Below are positions 28,022-39,271 of a stretch of 64,000 bases of DNA, one piece after another. Numbering within the stretch: position 1 is the first letter of the stretch; every line of letters starts with the position of its first letter. Made by a program: the position numbers and the translations under genes. This DNA comes from Candidatus Bathyarchaeota archaeon (GTDB taxonomy: Archaea > Thermoproteota > Bathyarchaeia > Bathyarchaeales > Bathycorpusculaceae): the NCBI GenBank assembly GCA_963828195.1, contig CAWHDT010000007.1, positions 192,001 to 256,000 of the forward strand, written 5' to 3'. The notes under the pieces were generated by a model, which saw only the letters and a list, made by a program, of their open reading frames with translations, searched no databases and was not told the origin of the DNA.

Positions 28022-30235
28022 CTAAGCAACTGGCGTTGCTGGCTTTTGTACTTGTCGGATTTGCTGCATAAAGCTTTTGTACCATTTCTCCATGTCGGGA
28101 GTTATTGACGGACCCATTTCTTTCTGTGCATCGAGGAAATCTTTCATACTTACTTCTTGAGAGTTTACATCCCTTCTTAATGCGTGCATTGCGGCTTCCC
28201 TGCATAAGGATTCTATGTCGGCGCCGCCGTAGAACTTAGTCAATATTGCCAGCTGGTTCAAGTCAACGTCTTTGCAGATGGGCATGCCTTTAGTGTAGAT
28301 TTTTAATATTTGCAAGCGGCCTTTCTCGTCTGGTTCAGGTACGTAAATTAATCTGTCGAATCTTCCCGGGCGCATAACGGCGGAATCAACCATGTCAGGG
28401 CGGTTAGTCGCAGCGATAATTACAATGTCTTGCAGTGTTACTAGTCCATCCATTTCTGTTAGAAGCTGGCTTATTACCCTCTCTGAAACGCCGCTGTCAG
28501 ACATACCCATGCCACGTCTGGGCGTGATTGAGTCGATCTCATCTAAGAACACCACTGTAGGCGCTGCCATGCGGGCTTTGCGGAATATTTCGCGTATAGC
28601 TTTTTCTGATTCTCCAACCCATTTGGAGAAGACTTCAGGACCCTTAATTGAGATGAAGTTGGCTTCGCTTTCCGTTGCGACTGCTCGTGCTAACAGGGTT
28701 TTGCCGCAGCCTGGTGGGCCATAAAGCAGAATGCCTTTTGGCGGTCTAATTCCAAGCTTGGTGAATACTTCCGGGGTCTTCAGGGGCCACTCAACAGATT
28801 CCATAAGGTGCTGTTTTACATCGTCAAGTCCGCCTACGTCGTCCCAGTGAATAGTTGGGACTTCAATGTACACCTCTCGCATGGCTGTTGGTGTAATTTC
28901 TTTGTATGCGTTGTCAAAATCGCTCATTTGAACTTCCATTTTTTCAAGCACTGCAGGCGGAATGCGTTCTTCTTCAAGATTAATCTGCGGCAGGTACCTG
29001 CGTAATGCTTTCATGGCTGTTTCTCTGCCAAGTGCAGATAAGTCGGCTCCAGTGTAGCCATGAGTCATTTCGGCGAGGCGGTCAAGATTTACTCCTTCGT
29101 CTTTCTCTCCTTTGATTTTTTCTCCTTCTTTAGAGAGAGGTACAAGAGGCATTCCCCTTGTGTGTATCATAAGACATTCCAGTCTTCCTTTCTTGTCGGG
29201 AACGCCAATTTCAATTTCTCGGTCAAATCTTCCTGGCCTTCGCAATGCAGGATCAAGTGCGCTTGGGCGGTTGGTTGCGCCGATAACTATGACGTTTCCT
29301 CTTCCGCCTAAACCATCCATCAAAGCGAGGAGTTGGGCAACAACGCGCCTTTCAACTTCGCCAGTCACTTCTTCACGTTTAGGCGCTATAGCGTCAAGCT
29401 CATCGACGAATATGATGCTTGGAGCGTTTTGCTGGGCTTGCTGGAAAATCTCTCGCAGACGCGCTTCAGATTCCCCGTAGAATTTACTCATGATTTCTGG
29501 ACCGTTAATTGAGTAGAAGTTGGCTTCTGACTCGTTAGCGACTGCTCGGGCTAACAGGGTTTTGCCGCAGCCTGGCGGACCATGAAGCAGGACGCCTTTT
29601 GGCGGCTCTATTCCTAAGCGCTGGAAGAGTTCTGGGTGACGCAGCGGCAACTCAACCATTTCGCGGACCCGTTGGATTTCTTCATGTAAGCCGCCGATGT
29701 CTTCATAGGTGGTTCTTGGCAAGCCTTTGCCTTCAGGCGCCGGTTCGTTCAGAATGGTCAAACGTGTTTCAGATGTTACTTTTATTATGCCGTGGGGTCG
29801 AGTTTTGGAGACTGTGAATGGAATGGCGTGTCCCAGCATCATTACTAGGGTCGTGTCGCCCTCCACGAGGGTGCGTTCCATGAGGCGGTTCTTGACGAAG
29901 TTAGTGAAGTCTTCATCAACGTTTAAACGCATGTCCACTGGCGCAAGGGTTATGCTTAATGCCGTTTTGACTTTTGCCGGTCTCACCACAACATACTCGT
30001 TTATGGCTACTCCGCTGTTTTTGCGTGTGAAACCGTCAATGCGGATGATATCGCGGTTTTGGTCTTCACTGTAGGCTGGCCAAGCTATCGCTGACGTTGT
30101 GCGTTTATTTATTATCTCTATAACGTCTCCAGCGCTTATGCCAAGTTTCTGCATGGTTCGCTGGTCGATGCGGGCGATTCCTCTGCCCACATCTCTTTGC
30201 CTTGCGTCTCCGACACGTAATTGAACTTCGCTCAA
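28022..30235 (-). CDS. cdc48: CDC48/VAT AAA+ ATPase
   Basis: Two [11 protein letters not shown] modules, RPGRFDR twice, N-domain. Confidence 0.97.
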   Translation of the reverse strand: MSEVQLRVGDARQRDVGRGIARIDQRTMQKLGISAGDVIEIINKRTTSAIAWPAYSEDQNRDIIRIDGFTRKNSGVAINEYVVVRPAKVKTALSITLAPVDMRLNVDEDFTNFVKNRLMERTLVEGDTTLVMMLGHAIPFTVSKTRPHGIIKVTSETRLTILNEPAPEGKGLPRTTYEDIGGLHEEIQRVREMVELPLRHPELFQRLGIEPPKGVLLHGPPGCGKTLLARAVANESEANFYSINGPEIMSKFYGESEARLREIFQQAQQNAPSIIFVDELDAIAPKREEVTGEVERRVVAQLLALMDGLGGRGNVIVIGATNRPSALDPALRRPGRFDREIEIGVPDKKGRLECLMIHTRGMPLVPLSKEGEKIKGEKDEGVNLDRLAEMTHGYTGADLSALGRETAMKALRRYLPQINLEEERIPPAVLEKMEVQMSDFDNAYKEITPTAMREVYIEVPTIHWDDVGGLDDVKQHLMESVEWPLKTPEVFTKLGIRPPKGILLYGPPGCGKTLLARAVATESEANFISIKGPEVFSKWVGESEKAIREIFRKARMAAPTVVFLDEIDSITPRRGMGMSDSGVSERVISQLLTEMDGLVTLQDIVIIAATNRPDMVDSAVMRPGRFDRLIYVPEPDEKGRLQILKIYTKGMPICKDVDLNQLAILTKFYGGADIESLCREAAMHALRRDVNSQEVSMKDFLDAQKEMGPSITPDMEKWYKSFMQQIRQVQKPATPVA

Positions 30236-30381
30236 ACAGAATCCTCCAAATAATCTGATGCTAAAGATACATGTTTTAAAAAACCTTTATGACTATATAA
30301 ACTTTAAAGCGTAATGATTAATACTTTCAGGTGTTTGTTAGCCGGAACATTGCTGGTTCTTGTTTAAAATAAGAACTTTGG

Positions 30382-30666
30382 CTAATCTCTGCTGCTTCTT
30401 CGGACATACATGCATTGGGCTTGACTGACGCCTGGGATTTTGCCGAGTTTTTCCTCAAACTCGTCCACTATGCCGCCTTTGTCCTCTGGAAACTTTAGTT
30501 GAACAAGAAGCGCTACTAATCCGAAAGCTACTGGTTCCTCGCCGTACCCCTCGATTGACGCGAACTCTGGCTTAATGTTGTCAATTTGCTTTTTGAGGGC
30601 ATCAAAGTTTTCCACTATGTCTTCTGGAAAAACCTTGTAGGTTACAATAACGCTGCCCATATGCAT
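30382..30666 (-). CDS. ef1b: Elongation factor 1-beta
   Basis: KVFPE, EPVAFGL motif. Confidence 0.92.
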   Translation of the reverse strand: MHMGSVIVTYKVFPEDIVENFDALKKQIDNIKPEFASIEGYGEEPVAFGLVALLVQLKFPEDKGGIVDEFEEKLGKIPGVSQAQCMYVRRSSRD

Positions 30667-30672
30667 TCGCCT

Positions 30673-30861
30673 TTATGGCCCTGTAAAACCGCATTTTGGG
30701 CACTTGTATAAGCGGCCGAATTTGCGGCATTTTCCATCCCGTTTAATCTGGATTTCTCCGCAGTTGGGGCACAGGAATTTTGTGGATTCACTGCCCGGCG
30801 GAATCGGTTTGCCGCAGCTTGTGCAAGTAACCAAGGAAAGTGATGTTGCTCTTTCTGACAT
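30673..30861 (-). CDS. Double zinc-ribbon protein (DUF1610/HVO_2753-like)
   Basis: CTSC, FLCPNCGE, CRK, YKCPKCGFTGP; adjacent to ef1b. Confidence 0.9.
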   Translation of the reverse strand: MSERATSLSLVTCTSCGKPIPPGSESTKFLCPNCGEIQIKRDGKCRKFGRLYKCPKCGFTGP

Positions 30862-30964
30862 AACTACATCTCTTGCGGTTCTAAATGTAAGTCTCACTTA
30901 TATCTGCTATGCTGTGCTTTGCCGTAATCCACAGTTTTCCTGCGATTTACATGCAAATACACTG

Positions 30965-31270
30965 CTATTTTGCATTATTTGTTGAGCCCTTTGCCTGCTC
31001 GTTAGCACCAGCTAGAGCACGTTGATATCTCTCTTCAAGTTCTTCCTCATATGCCCCGTGAGGGTCTATTTCCTCATTATAATTGGTCTCTTTAGCTATC
31101 CTTCGAAACACTGCTAACGCGTCAAAAAAAGGTTTTATTACTATCTTGTCACCCTCTAGCCTAAAAGTAACCTCGGAGCCTGACTTTATTTTCAGGGCTG
31201 CCCGTATTGATTTTGGAATAGTAACCTGCCCTTTTGGGCCAACTTTCCTTTTCTCTTGCATCAATTTCAC
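30965..31270 (-). CDS. AbrB/MazE/SpoVT-family DNA-binding protein (orphan antitoxin-like)
   Basis: KVGPKGQVTIPKSIR..L.I..G. Confidence 0.88.
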   Translation of the reverse strand: MKLMQEKRKVGPKGQVTIPKSIRAALKIKSGSEVTFRLEGDKIVIKPFFDALAVFRRIAKETNYNEEIDPHGAYEEELEERYQRALAGANEQAKGSTNNAK

Positions 31271-31350
31271 GGCATATTAATTTAATGTCTTTAGGCTTTA
31301 AGAGCCATTCGCAAGTTTATTAAGAGGGCTTCTCGCCTAATTTTATTGTC

Positions 31351-32388
31351 GTGGTAATTTTGGGTGTAGACTTTAAGGATCTTGTTCCGAAAACCCCCGT
31401 TAAACTGGAAGATTTAGGCGGCAAAATCATCGCCATCGATGCTTACAACGCCATTTACCAGTTCCTCAGCATCATCCGCCAGCCCGACGGCACACCCCTC
31501 AAGGACAGCTCGGGAAAAGTTACCAGCCACCTCAGCGGCTTATTTTACCGTACAAGCAACCTTGTGGAAATGGGCATAAAACCAATTTACGTTTTCGACG
31601 GGATCCCGCCGACTTTGAAGGCAGCTGAGATTGAGAGACGCAGGCAAGTCAAGGTGGAAGCAGCCATGCACTACGAGAAAGCCGCGGCAAAAGGAGACAC
31701 CGAGAAGATGCGGATGTTTGCTCAAGCCACGTCAAGCATGAAAGATTACATGCAGGACGACAGCAAAAAACTGTTGGAGCTTATGGGTTTACCGTGGGTA
31801 CAAGCGCCCAGCGAAGGCGAAGCTCAAGCGGCGCGGATGACCAAATGCGGCGATGCTGATTACTGTGCAAGCCAAGACTATGACAGCCTGCTTTTTGGAG
31901 CACCCAGAATGCTGCGAAACATTACTATTTCGGGCAGACGTAAACGCGGTAACGCTTACGTCGAGGTGGTGCCTGAGGTGATGGAGCTATCAAAAACGTT
32001 GTGCGAAACTGGTTTAACCTATGAACAACTCATTGACGTCGGCATCTTGATCGGAACAGACTTCAACCCCAACGGCATAAAGGGCCTAGGACCAAAAACC
32101 GCCCTCAAACTCGTCAAGCAATACGGGTCATTAGAAAAAGCTCTTCCAAACATAAAAAACGCGTCTTTCCCAGTTGACCCAAACTGTATACGCGCTGTCT
32201 TTCTGCACCCCGAAGTAACAGACAACTACAAAATAGAGTGGAGAGACCCGAATGTTGAAGGCGCCGTTGACTTCATGGTGGGGCAAAAAGAGTTCTTAGA
32301 GGACAGAATCAGAAAATCCCTCGGAAAAATGATGGAAGGCAGCAAGAAGCAAAAAAGTAAAGTGTCTCTGGAGAAATGGTTCGGTTAA
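31351..32388 (+). CDS. fen1: Flap endonuclease 1
   Basis: DAYNAIYQFL, VFDG, EGEAQAA, SQDYDS, GTDFN, C-terminal PIP-like LEKWF. Confidence 0.97.
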   Translation: MVILGVDFKDLVPKTPVKLEDLGGKIIAIDAYNAIYQFLSIIRQPDGTPLKDSSGKVTSHLSGLFYRTSNLVEMGIKPIYVFDGIPPTLKAAEIERRRQVKVEAAMHYEKAAAKGDTEKMRMFAQATSSMKDYMQDDSKKLLELMGLPWVQAPSEGEAQAARMTKCGDADYCASQDYDSLLFGAPRMLRNITISGRRKRGNAYVEVVPEVMELSKTLCETGLTYEQLIDVGILIGTDFNPNGIKGLGPKTALKLVKQYGSLEKALPNIKNASFPVDPNCIRAVFLHPEVTDNYKIEWRDPNVEGAVDFMVGQKEFLEDRIRKSLGKMMEGSKKQKSKVSLEKWFG

Positions 32389-32419
32389 GAGACGCCTCTT
32401 TTTTATGGGAAAAAAAGGG

Positions 32420-34249
32420 TTACTTTACAGTAACGCACTTCGCGAGGTTTCTTGGCATATCTGGGTTGCATCCTTTCTCAAGAGACATATAATACGCTAA
32501 AAGTTGTAGGGGAACTGCGAAAGGAATCGGCGATAGAACTCCGGGGATGCCCTTTGGAACCTCAACGTAATCATCAGCTAACGATTTGATGTCTTCGTCT
32601 CCTTCCTCACCAATGGCAATGATGTGGGCGCCTCTGGCTTTCATCTCCATGATGTTGCCAATCAGCGTTTTGTGGCAGTCATCTCTGGGACAGACGAAAA
32701 CCACTGGGAAGCCGGCTTCAATCAGGCTGATGGGACCATGTTTGCTTTCGCCTGCGGGGAACGCTATCGCCGGAATATAGGCGATTTCCATTAGCTTAAG
32801 TCTGCCTTCGTATGCTGTGGCGGTGCTGATTCCTCTGCCTAAAAAGAAGAACACTTTAGAGTCTTTGTATTTCTTTGCGATTTGCTTCACTTTTTCTTCT
32901 TGAGTTCTCACTATTGTTTCGGCGATTTCGGGCAATTTATCTAAATTTGCTTCCAGGCTGTCTATTTCGTCCTGGGAAACTTTGCCTCTTTTCTTCGCAA
33001 GCTTGAGCGCAAGTTGTGCCAACACGGAAAGCTGAGATGTAAAGGTTTTCGTAGCTGCCACTCCAATTTCTGGACCGGCCTGTGTGCCAATGTAAACGCG
33101 GGAGACCCGTGTTAAAGTGGAGCCGATGACGTTTGTTAAGCTTAGAACGGTGGCTGCACGCTGCTGGGCGCAGGTGACAGCCGCTATTGTGTCAGCTGTT
33201 TCGCCTGACTGGCTAACCGCTAAAATGGTGCTGTCGATATTTACCGATTTTCCATGCTGCTCTACGAATTCTGAAGCGTAAACGGGGTAAGTGGGCAAGA
33301 ACGCGAGTTTAGAGAACATGTATGAAGCCGCCAAACATGCATGGTAGCTTGTTCCGCAGGCAACAAGAAAGACCTCGTTCGCGCGGTCCAGAAAAGTTGT
33401 CATCAAATCCAGATAATGCTCCTGCATTCTCAGCGTGTTGCGAAGAGTCTCAGGCTGCTCATGAATCTCTTTGATCATAAAGTGCGGGTAGCCTTGCTTA
33501 ACAGCCATTTCAGCCGTCCACTCAATAATTTCCGGTTCCCGGTTGACAGGGCTGGAATCCTGAATTTTCTTAATTTCATAGCCCCTCGCTGTCAGAATCA
33601 CCATTTCACCGTTATTTATCATGACTGCTTTGTTGGTGACTGGCAGAAATGCTGGAATATCTGAAGCGCAGAAAACGCCTTTGCCGTTGATGCCTAAAAC
33701 CAAGGGGCTTTCGTTTCTTGCGCAGATAATCTTGTCAGGCTCTTTTGTGGAGATTACGGCCAACGCATAGGAGCCTTCAAGGCGCTTGAGGGTTTCTTGA
33801 ACTGCATCGGTTAAGGAGAGTTTGGGGTTCTGTTTGAGGGTTTGTTCGATGAGGTGCGGGATTACTTCTGTATCTGTTTTGGAGACAAATGTGTGGTCAA
33901 GATTTTCAAGTTCTGCTCTAAGCTCCATGAAATTCTCGATGATTCCGTTGTGAACAACCATTATTTCGCCTGTGCAGTCGGAGTGGGGGTGAGCGTTCAC
34001 TTTTAGGGGTGCGCCGTGTGTTGCCCAGCGTGTGTGTCCGATACCTATGTTGCCTGGTAAATCGTCAAGGTTTAAGATTTTGTGGACCTCGTCGATTTTG
34101 CCTTGGTCTTTTTTTAAGAAAATTTTTCCATCAGATATTGTTGCTATGCCTACTGAGTCGTAGCCGCGGTATTCAAGCCGTTTAAGTGATGAATGAATTA
34201 AGGGGGCGGCGTTTTCTTCTTTTAAAACACATCCGAATATTCCACACAT
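32420..34249 (-). CDS. glmS: Glutamine-fructose-6-phosphate aminotransferase
   Basis: MCGI, EYRGYDS, HTRWATHG, SQSGETAD, KHGP, PRNLAK. Confidence 0.97.
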   Translation of the reverse strand: MCGIFGCVLKEENAAPLIHSSLKRLEYRGYDSVGIATISDGKIFLKKDQGKIDEVHKILNLDDLPGNIGIGHTRWATHGAPLKVNAHPHSDCTGEIMVVHNGIIENFMELRAELENLDHTFVSKTDTEVIPHLIEQTLKQNPKLSLTDAVQETLKRLEGSYALAVISTKEPDKIICARNESPLVLGINGKGVFCASDIPAFLPVTNKAVMINNGEMVILTARGYEIKKIQDSSPVNREPEIIEWTAEMAVKQGYPHFMIKEIHEQPETLRNTLRMQEHYLDLMTTFLDRANEVFLVACGTSYHACLAASYMFSKLAFLPTYPVYASEFVEQHGKSVNIDSTILAVSQSGETADTIAAVTCAQQRAATVLSLTNVIGSTLTRVSRVYIGTQAGPEIGVAATKTFTSQLSVLAQLALKLAKKRGKVSQDEIDSLEANLDKLPEIAETIVRTQEEKVKQIAKKYKDSKVFFFLGRGISTATAYEGRLKLMEIAYIPAIAFPAGESKHGPISLIEAGFPVVFVCPRDDCHKTLIGNIMEMKARGAHIIAIGEEGDEDIKSLADDYVEVPKGIPGVLSPIPFAVPLQLLAYYMSLEKGCNPDMPRNLAKCVTVK

Positions 34250-34464
34250 TTCGAAAACCTCGTTCCAACTGTTATGACTTAAGGAGCTTGGGTTTCGCTA
34301 ATAAGCATTTTTAATATTTCTGTTTCACCGCCCAAAAGTTTGTTTTAGCACTTCTCATGTATTTATCGTGCAGGCGGAGGCTTTAGGGCTGTTTGGGCTC
34401 AATTTCTTTTTAACCATTATAAATAAATTTTTTATAGTACCTTACGTTATCTAACCCCTCGGGA

Positions 34465-35433
34465 TTGCATATGAACAAAAAACTGCTTCTCCAAGACAAC
34501 GGCAACACCCAAGAAGTCAAAGAAATCAGCATAATCAACGATTCACAAAAACTAAAAATGATACTGGGCAGCCTAAGCTGGAAAATCCTAACAATGCTCT
34601 CAAAAAAGGAAATGTACCCCCTAGAAATCGCTCGGCAGCTCGGCATGCATGAACAAAAAGTCTACTACCACATCAGAAAACTCGCCAAAGCAGGAGCCAT
34701 AGTTGTTGTACGGGAGGAAAAAAAGAAAGGGGCAACAGCGAAATATTTCAAAACGGTTTCACCCGCTTTCGGTATCGAGTTTCCCGACGGCTACAAAGCA
34801 ATCCAAAACCTTTGCCTCGCAGGAATCGACACGCAACTTCAAGAGTTCTTCAAAGAATTCATAAGCAACGGTGTTTTCGACGGAAAAATAGTTGTGGGCA
34901 GCCCGCAGCCTCATGGTCCCTTTAAAACCAGCGCGAGGGATGGACATTACGCAGCGCATTTGGCGCTTTTCATTGGTCAATTTGCAAAAATGCCCACAGA
35001 GTTCGCCGTGAAACTTGACGTTGACGTGAAAGTGGAAAAGGAGGAGAGAAACCATTTAATCCTTGTTGGCGGGCCAGGAACAAACCTTCTTACGCAGGAA
35101 ATAAACGGTTATTTACCCATCAAATTTATAATGCAGTCTACTGGACAAGGTTTCTTGCTGGGCGGTTTGTCTTCAGAGAAGACCATGCAGGTTTATACTT
35201 CGGATTCTTCAGGATTAATCGCTAAAATCGTGAATCCATGGGATAAGACCAAACGCATCGTGGTTTTGGCGGGAAACAAAGCTGTCGGAACAAAAGCGTG
35301 CGTTTTAGCCTTGACTAATTTTTGGAAGAAAACATTAGAGAAATACAGCGGAGAGGACCCCTTCGCAGTTGTGATTCACGGGTTTGATTTAGACGGGGAC
35401 GGCAAAGTGGATTCAATTGAGGTTAACGAGTAA
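34465..35433 (+). CDS. ArsR-type HTH protein with C-terminal S-layer-C-like domain
   Basis: YPLEIARQLGMHEQKVYYHIRKL HTH; LILVGGP..N, VVLAG...GT. Confidence 0.75.
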   Translation: MHMNKKLLLQDNGNTQEVKEISIINDSQKLKMILGSLSWKILTMLSKKEMYPLEIARQLGMHEQKVYYHIRKLAKAGAIVVVREEKKKGATAKYFKTVSPAFGIEFPDGYKAIQNLCLAGIDTQLQEFFKEFISNGVFDGKIVVGSPQPHGPFKTSARDGHYAAHLALFIGQFAKMPTEFAVKLDVDVKVEKEERNHLILVGGPGTNLLTQEINGYLPIKFIMQSTGQGFLLGGLSSEKTMQVYTSDSSGLIAKIVNPWDKTKRIVVLAGNKAVGTKACVLALTNFWKKTLEKYSGEDPFAVVIHGFDLDGDGKVDSIEVNE

Positions 35434-35868
35434 TTGAATGCTAAAGAAACGAAAGAAAGCCTCGCGGCTTTGGGGCATGAAAACATACAAGCCGTTCACC
35501 CGTCAACTTTGATGTTTACAAAGGAAAAGCATTTGTCCAAAACGGGCGATTGTATAGTTGCGGTCGCCTCAGATATGGCAGCGGCGGACTTAAACCCTAA
35601 GTTCAAAAAAAGATTGAAAAGACCAAATGCTAAACTAACAATCATTATTGAGGCTGGAGGCTTAATTGAAAAAATTAACGCCTCTGGCTCACCAAAACTG
35701 CTTTTAACCCACGCAACAGACATGGTTATTCGAAAAAGCGACTATATCTGCGACCGGACCTTGGCAATTCGCGCTGACAAATCCGCAAATGATTTGTCAA
35801 GAGAATTAGTTGAGAAGCTAAAAAATATAGAACAGAAAGTCAACATTACACTTGTCATTCATGAGTAG
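35434..35868 (+). CDS. DUF371 family protein
   Basis: GHENI.A.H..T...TK...L...GDCI, RKS.Y...RT. Confidence 0.88.
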   Translation: MNAKETKESLAALGHENIQAVHPSTLMFTKEKHLSKTGDCIVAVASDMAAADLNPKFKKRLKRPNAKLTIIIEAGGLIEKINASGSPKLLLTHATDMVIRKSDYICDRTLAIRADKSANDLSRELVEKLKNIEQKVNITLVIHE

Positions 35869-36934
35869 CTATTTTGGCATCTAAAACAATCTGTGATTCG
35901 TAGGGCGCTGTTTCCCGAACGCTTTTTGCGTAAAGAAACGCTTCCATTTTCCTACCTGATGCCTCTACAGCTTGGCAAAATCGCAGCTTTAGGTTCTCTA
36001 TTGAATCGGGTGAACGAACGAAACCATAAAAATGAATTATCCCGCCCTCTGGCTTAATGGTTTGGCAAGCGGCATCTACGAATTCAATTGCTGTTTCAGG
36101 CAAATTCATTATCACTCGGTTCGCGGAGCCCATAAGCTTTGTTCCGGCTACTTGTCTTGCATCGCCAAGAATGGGAAAGACCCTGTTTTCGACCCTATTT
36201 ACTCGCGCATTTAATTTAAGCAACTCAACGGCATCAGGATTAATATCAACAGCGTAAACTTCCACGTTGGGATTCTTTTTGGCAATCAGCACTGAGAAGG
36301 GTCCGACTCCAGCAAATAAATCAACCACGGTTTCTCCAGCCTGCATCAGCGACGCCACCCGTTGATGCTCGTTTGAAAGCCTAGGGGAAAAATAGGCTTT
36401 AGCCACGTCAACATGGTACTGGCAGCCGAATTCCCTATGGACAGTTTGTGTTTTTTGTTCTCCAGCGATAAAAATAAGTTCGCGCAGCCGGTAAACTCCG
36501 CTTATTGCGCCTGCTTTCGCAAATACGGTTCTGATGTTTGTATGAGTTTCAAGAATTGCTTTGCCGATTACGCTTTCGTACGGTTTGAGTTCTGGAGGAA
36601 TTTCCATTATGACTATATCCCCGATTATGTCTAGTGCTTGAGGCAAGTTTGCCAGCAATTGCGGAGGCACTTTGTTTTCGAGAGCTTGCAAGAGCGTTTT
36701 GGCTGGGCGAGGTTTTTCAGTGAAAATGCCCTTTAAAAACTGAGTTTGGGGCACTTGGCTTTTTAGCGTTGCCAACGCATCTTCATCTGGCGGCCTGACC
36801 AAGGGAATGCAAAGGTAGTCTGTTTCGCGCTGAATTTCCAATGACTTATCGACAAGCTCGAGTTTATTGGCTAATGCTATTGCTTTCTCGCCTTGTTTTT
36901 TCGGAACCCTCAAGGAAATAGTTGATTTGGGCAT
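35855..36934 (-). CDS. trm5: Trm5/Met-10+ family tRNA methyltransferase
   Basis: DIIGDI, YFSPRL..E, DLFAGVGPF, DINP, MNLP. Confidence 0.88.
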   Translation of the reverse strand: MPKSTISLRVPKKQGEKAIALANKLELVDKSLEIQRETDYLCIPLVRPPDEDALATLKSQVPQTQFLKGIFTEKPRPAKTLLQALENKVPPQLLANLPQALDIIGDIVIMEIPPELKPYESVIGKAILETHTNIRTVFAKAGAISGVYRLRELIFIAGEQKTQTVHREFGCQYHVDVAKAYFSPRLSNEHQRVASLMQAGETVVDLFAGVGPFSVLIAKKNPNVEVYAVDINPDAVELLKLNARVNRVENRVFPILGDARQVAGTKLMGSANRVIMNLPETAIEFVDAACQTIKPEGGIIHFYGFVRSPDSIENLKLRFCQAVEASGRKMEAFLYAKSVRETAPYESQIVLDAKIATHE

Positions 36935-36938
36935 GTGA

Positions 36939-37982
36939 TCAGCTGCTTTTTTCTATTCTGTAGAGGCCATTTACTTTTTGAGTGGTGAATTGGACGTTTA
37001 ACATTTTTTCCATCAGCCAAATGTTCGATTCAATATGCTCCGAAATAGTTCGGCATGAAAAGGCTGATTTGCCCTCTGCCAGCGCCATGTAAGGGATAAG
37101 CATATCAGCCAAGTAGATATCGACTGTTGGCTGGGCAGTCAACTCGGTTATGAGCTTTTCCGCGGCTTCTTCTCCAACGGCTTCGCTTGTTTTTCGGAGT
37201 TCCCCAATTGAGTCAGCGCCGATAGTTACGCCCGAGTCGGTTTCAGCCCATAGAACAAGTGAACTGCCTTTCTGAAAAGGGTTTGACTGGTCATTTACAA
37301 CTTCGATAAAGGAATTGTAACCCTTTTTGGTGAGGCGGTTTTGTGCGGATTTTGCTTGCCGCTCCGCCACTTGCTTATCCGCCAAAAAAGTACAGACTGA
37401 AACGCCTTTGACGCCTTTGATTTTGCCAAAATTGTCCAGTTTGACAGGTTTTAACTTCTGGTTAGGCATCACTCTCATTGTTGCTTCCCCCATTCCCTTC
37501 GGGTAATAACCATATTTTTGCACCGTTATGTCCGCGTTAACACCCATCTGTTTCAGCGCTGGTAGAAGCACGTTTCGTATGTAGTTGATGGTCGGTGCGT
37601 GGGTGGTATCTGTTCCGCCTTTGCCTACATGCAAACGTACGGGGTTGTCGGCGAACAAACAGATTGGCAATGTCGCCAGAAGCAGCATAGGGATGCTTCC
37701 AGCTGTCTGGATTTCTGCTTCAAAGTTGCCTCCGCAGATTTCTTGGGGAGTAAACCAAAGCTCCCTTGAGCCTAAGGCTGCCCCCTGCACTTTGGCGTTG
37801 CAGAGTTTAGCAGCTGTAAGCGCTGCTTCCAAATGCTGATGCTTTAAACCTGGCTGGGGGCGGCTTTGTCTTATGTTGTAGATGTGCAGTGGCTGTTTTA
37901 TGATAGCTGCCAAAGCTACGGAGAGGCGAAGGATTGTGCCGCTTCCGCTTTTTTGGCTTCCGTCAATTTCAATCATGCCCAC
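36939..37982 (-). CDS. rtcA: RNA 3'-terminal phosphate cyclase
   Basis: IDGS...G.ILR, NIR..R..PGL..QHL, GGTD, GYYPKG.G, H..SN. Confidence 0.92.
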   Translation of the reverse strand: MGMIEIDGSQKSGSGTILRLSVALAAIIKQPLHIYNIRQSRPQPGLKHQHLEAALTAAKLCNAKVQGAALGSRELWFTPQEICGGNFEAEIQTAGSIPMLLLATLPICLFADNPVRLHVGKGGTDTTHAPTINYIRNVLLPALKQMGVNADITVQKYGYYPKGMGEATMRVMPNQKLKPVKLDNFGKIKGVKGVSVCTFLADKQVAERQAKSAQNRLTKKGYNSFIEVVNDQSNPFQKGSSLVLWAETDSGVTIGADSIGELRKTSEAVGEEAAEKLITELTAQPTVDIYLADMLIPYMALAEGKSAFSCRTISEHIESNIWLMEKMLNVQFTTQKVNGLYRIEKSS

Positions 37983-38067
37983 TTTCTTCCAGTTCAGCTA
38001 TTGTTTGTGTTACAAATAATTAATAAGCGTCTTGGGATTATTTAGAAGCTTAAGAGGGAGCGTTTGC

Positions 38068-38466
38068 ATGAGCACTGACAAAGAAAAAATTAATGAGCTT
38101 GCAGGAAAGATTGACAAAATTCTAAAATCATTAAACGAAATTTCAGAAGAAATGCGTTCCGTTTCAGCAACAATGAAATCCCTGACAGGAGGACAAGTAA
38201 CTCCGCCTCCCATTGCCCAAACGCCAGCTCCTCCTGCCGCAGGTGCCAAACAGAGGTCGCTTGATGAAATTCGCATGTCGTTTCCTGAGGAACTTGAAGC
38301 CAGATTAAGCTTCGAGGACAAAGGTGATTACATAATAATCAAGCCAAAACAGTTTTTGGGTTCAGAGAACTTTGCGAAAATAGCTTCTGCAGTCAGAGGC
38401 ATGAGCGGAGAATACATCAGCGCTGGGAAAGATTCGCATTTTAGAGTGCCGAAGAAAAAAGCGTAG
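38068..38466 (+). CDS. Conserved hypothetical protein
   Basis: N-terminal coiled coil, Pro-rich linker, C-terminal KPKQFLGSENF...GEYISAGKDSHF. Confidence 0.7.
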   Translation: MSTDKEKINELAGKIDKILKSLNEISEEMRSVSATMKSLTGGQVTPPPIAQTPAPPAAGAKQRSLDEIRMSFPEELEARLSFEDKGDYIIIKPKQFLGSENFAKIASAVRGMSGEYISAGKDSHFRVPKKKA

Positions 38467-38471
38467 TTTGC

Positions 38472-38747
38472 TTACCCTGCCTCAAAGCTGCTAAATTCTC
38501 CACGATAAGGCTCTTCCGTAACGTCAACCCCTGTTACGGCTGCCGAAGAAGGACCATGATGACAGTACTCGACCAGCTTTTTAACAGCTTCTTCTTCGCC
38601 TTCAAAAACAGCCTCAACTCTGCCATCAAACAAATTGCGAATCCAGCCTGAAACGCCAAAATATTCCGCTTGCCGCTTGGTTCCTTGCCTAAAGAAAACG
38701 CCCTGAACTCTGCCGCTGACAAACACATGAACCCTAATTTTAGCCAT
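38472..38747 (-). CDS. acyP: Acylphosphatase
   Basis: GRVQGVFFR, GWIRNL.DGRVE. Confidence 0.94.
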   Translation of the reverse strand: MAKIRVHVFVSGRVQGVFFRQGTKRQAEYFGVSGWIRNLFDGRVEAVFEGEEEAVKKLVEYCHHGPSSAAVTGVDVTEEPYRGEFSSFEAG

Positions 38748-38818
38748 TGGTTTTATCAAATAAAAATTGAAGATTCAAATTTAAAAATGTAGTTCCAACA
38801 AAAGAAAAAAGGGTGGTT

Positions 38819-39271
38819 TCAATCCCAAACTCTGATTTTTTCTCCAACAGTATACAAGAATGTGCTTGCTGTAGAAGGCCCTAAAAACTTGAATTTGTTA
38901 ACTAAATCACTTACCACGTTTTCATAGTTGTTTGACTTATCTAGGCTGTCAAGGTACTTTTGGAATGACCCGTACTGTTTCTCTATGGCTATGAAGTTTT
39001 GAGCGTTTTGAATGATTCCTTGAATTTTGAGTTTGTTTCGAATGATTTCCGGGTCATTTAGGAGTCTTTCAACGTCAGCGTTTGTAAAGCACGATACCTT
39101 GTTGATTTTGAAATTTGCAAATGCCTTCTTGATTGATGGCCATTTGCTGTCTATTACGTGCCAGTTTAACCCAGCTTGAAAGATAACTCGACACATGTTC
39201 TCAAAGTATTCCTCGTCAGTGCTCGGGCGCTTCCCTCGGTAACCACCAATCAGGCATCTTCCAATGTTCAT
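38819..39271 (-). CDS. tag: DNA-3-methyladenine glycosylase I family; 5' end possibly frameshifted
   Basis: FQAGLNW, KKAF.NF, IIRNKLKI, FKFLGP. Confidence 0.85.
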   Translation of the reverse strand: MNIGRCLIGGYRGKRPSTDEEYFENMCRVIFQAGLNWHVIDSKWPSIKKAFANFKINKVSCFTNADVERLLNDPEIIRNKLKIQGIIQNAQNFIAIEKQYGSFQKYLDSLDKSNNYENVVSDLVNKFKFLGPSTASTFLYTVGEKIRVWD

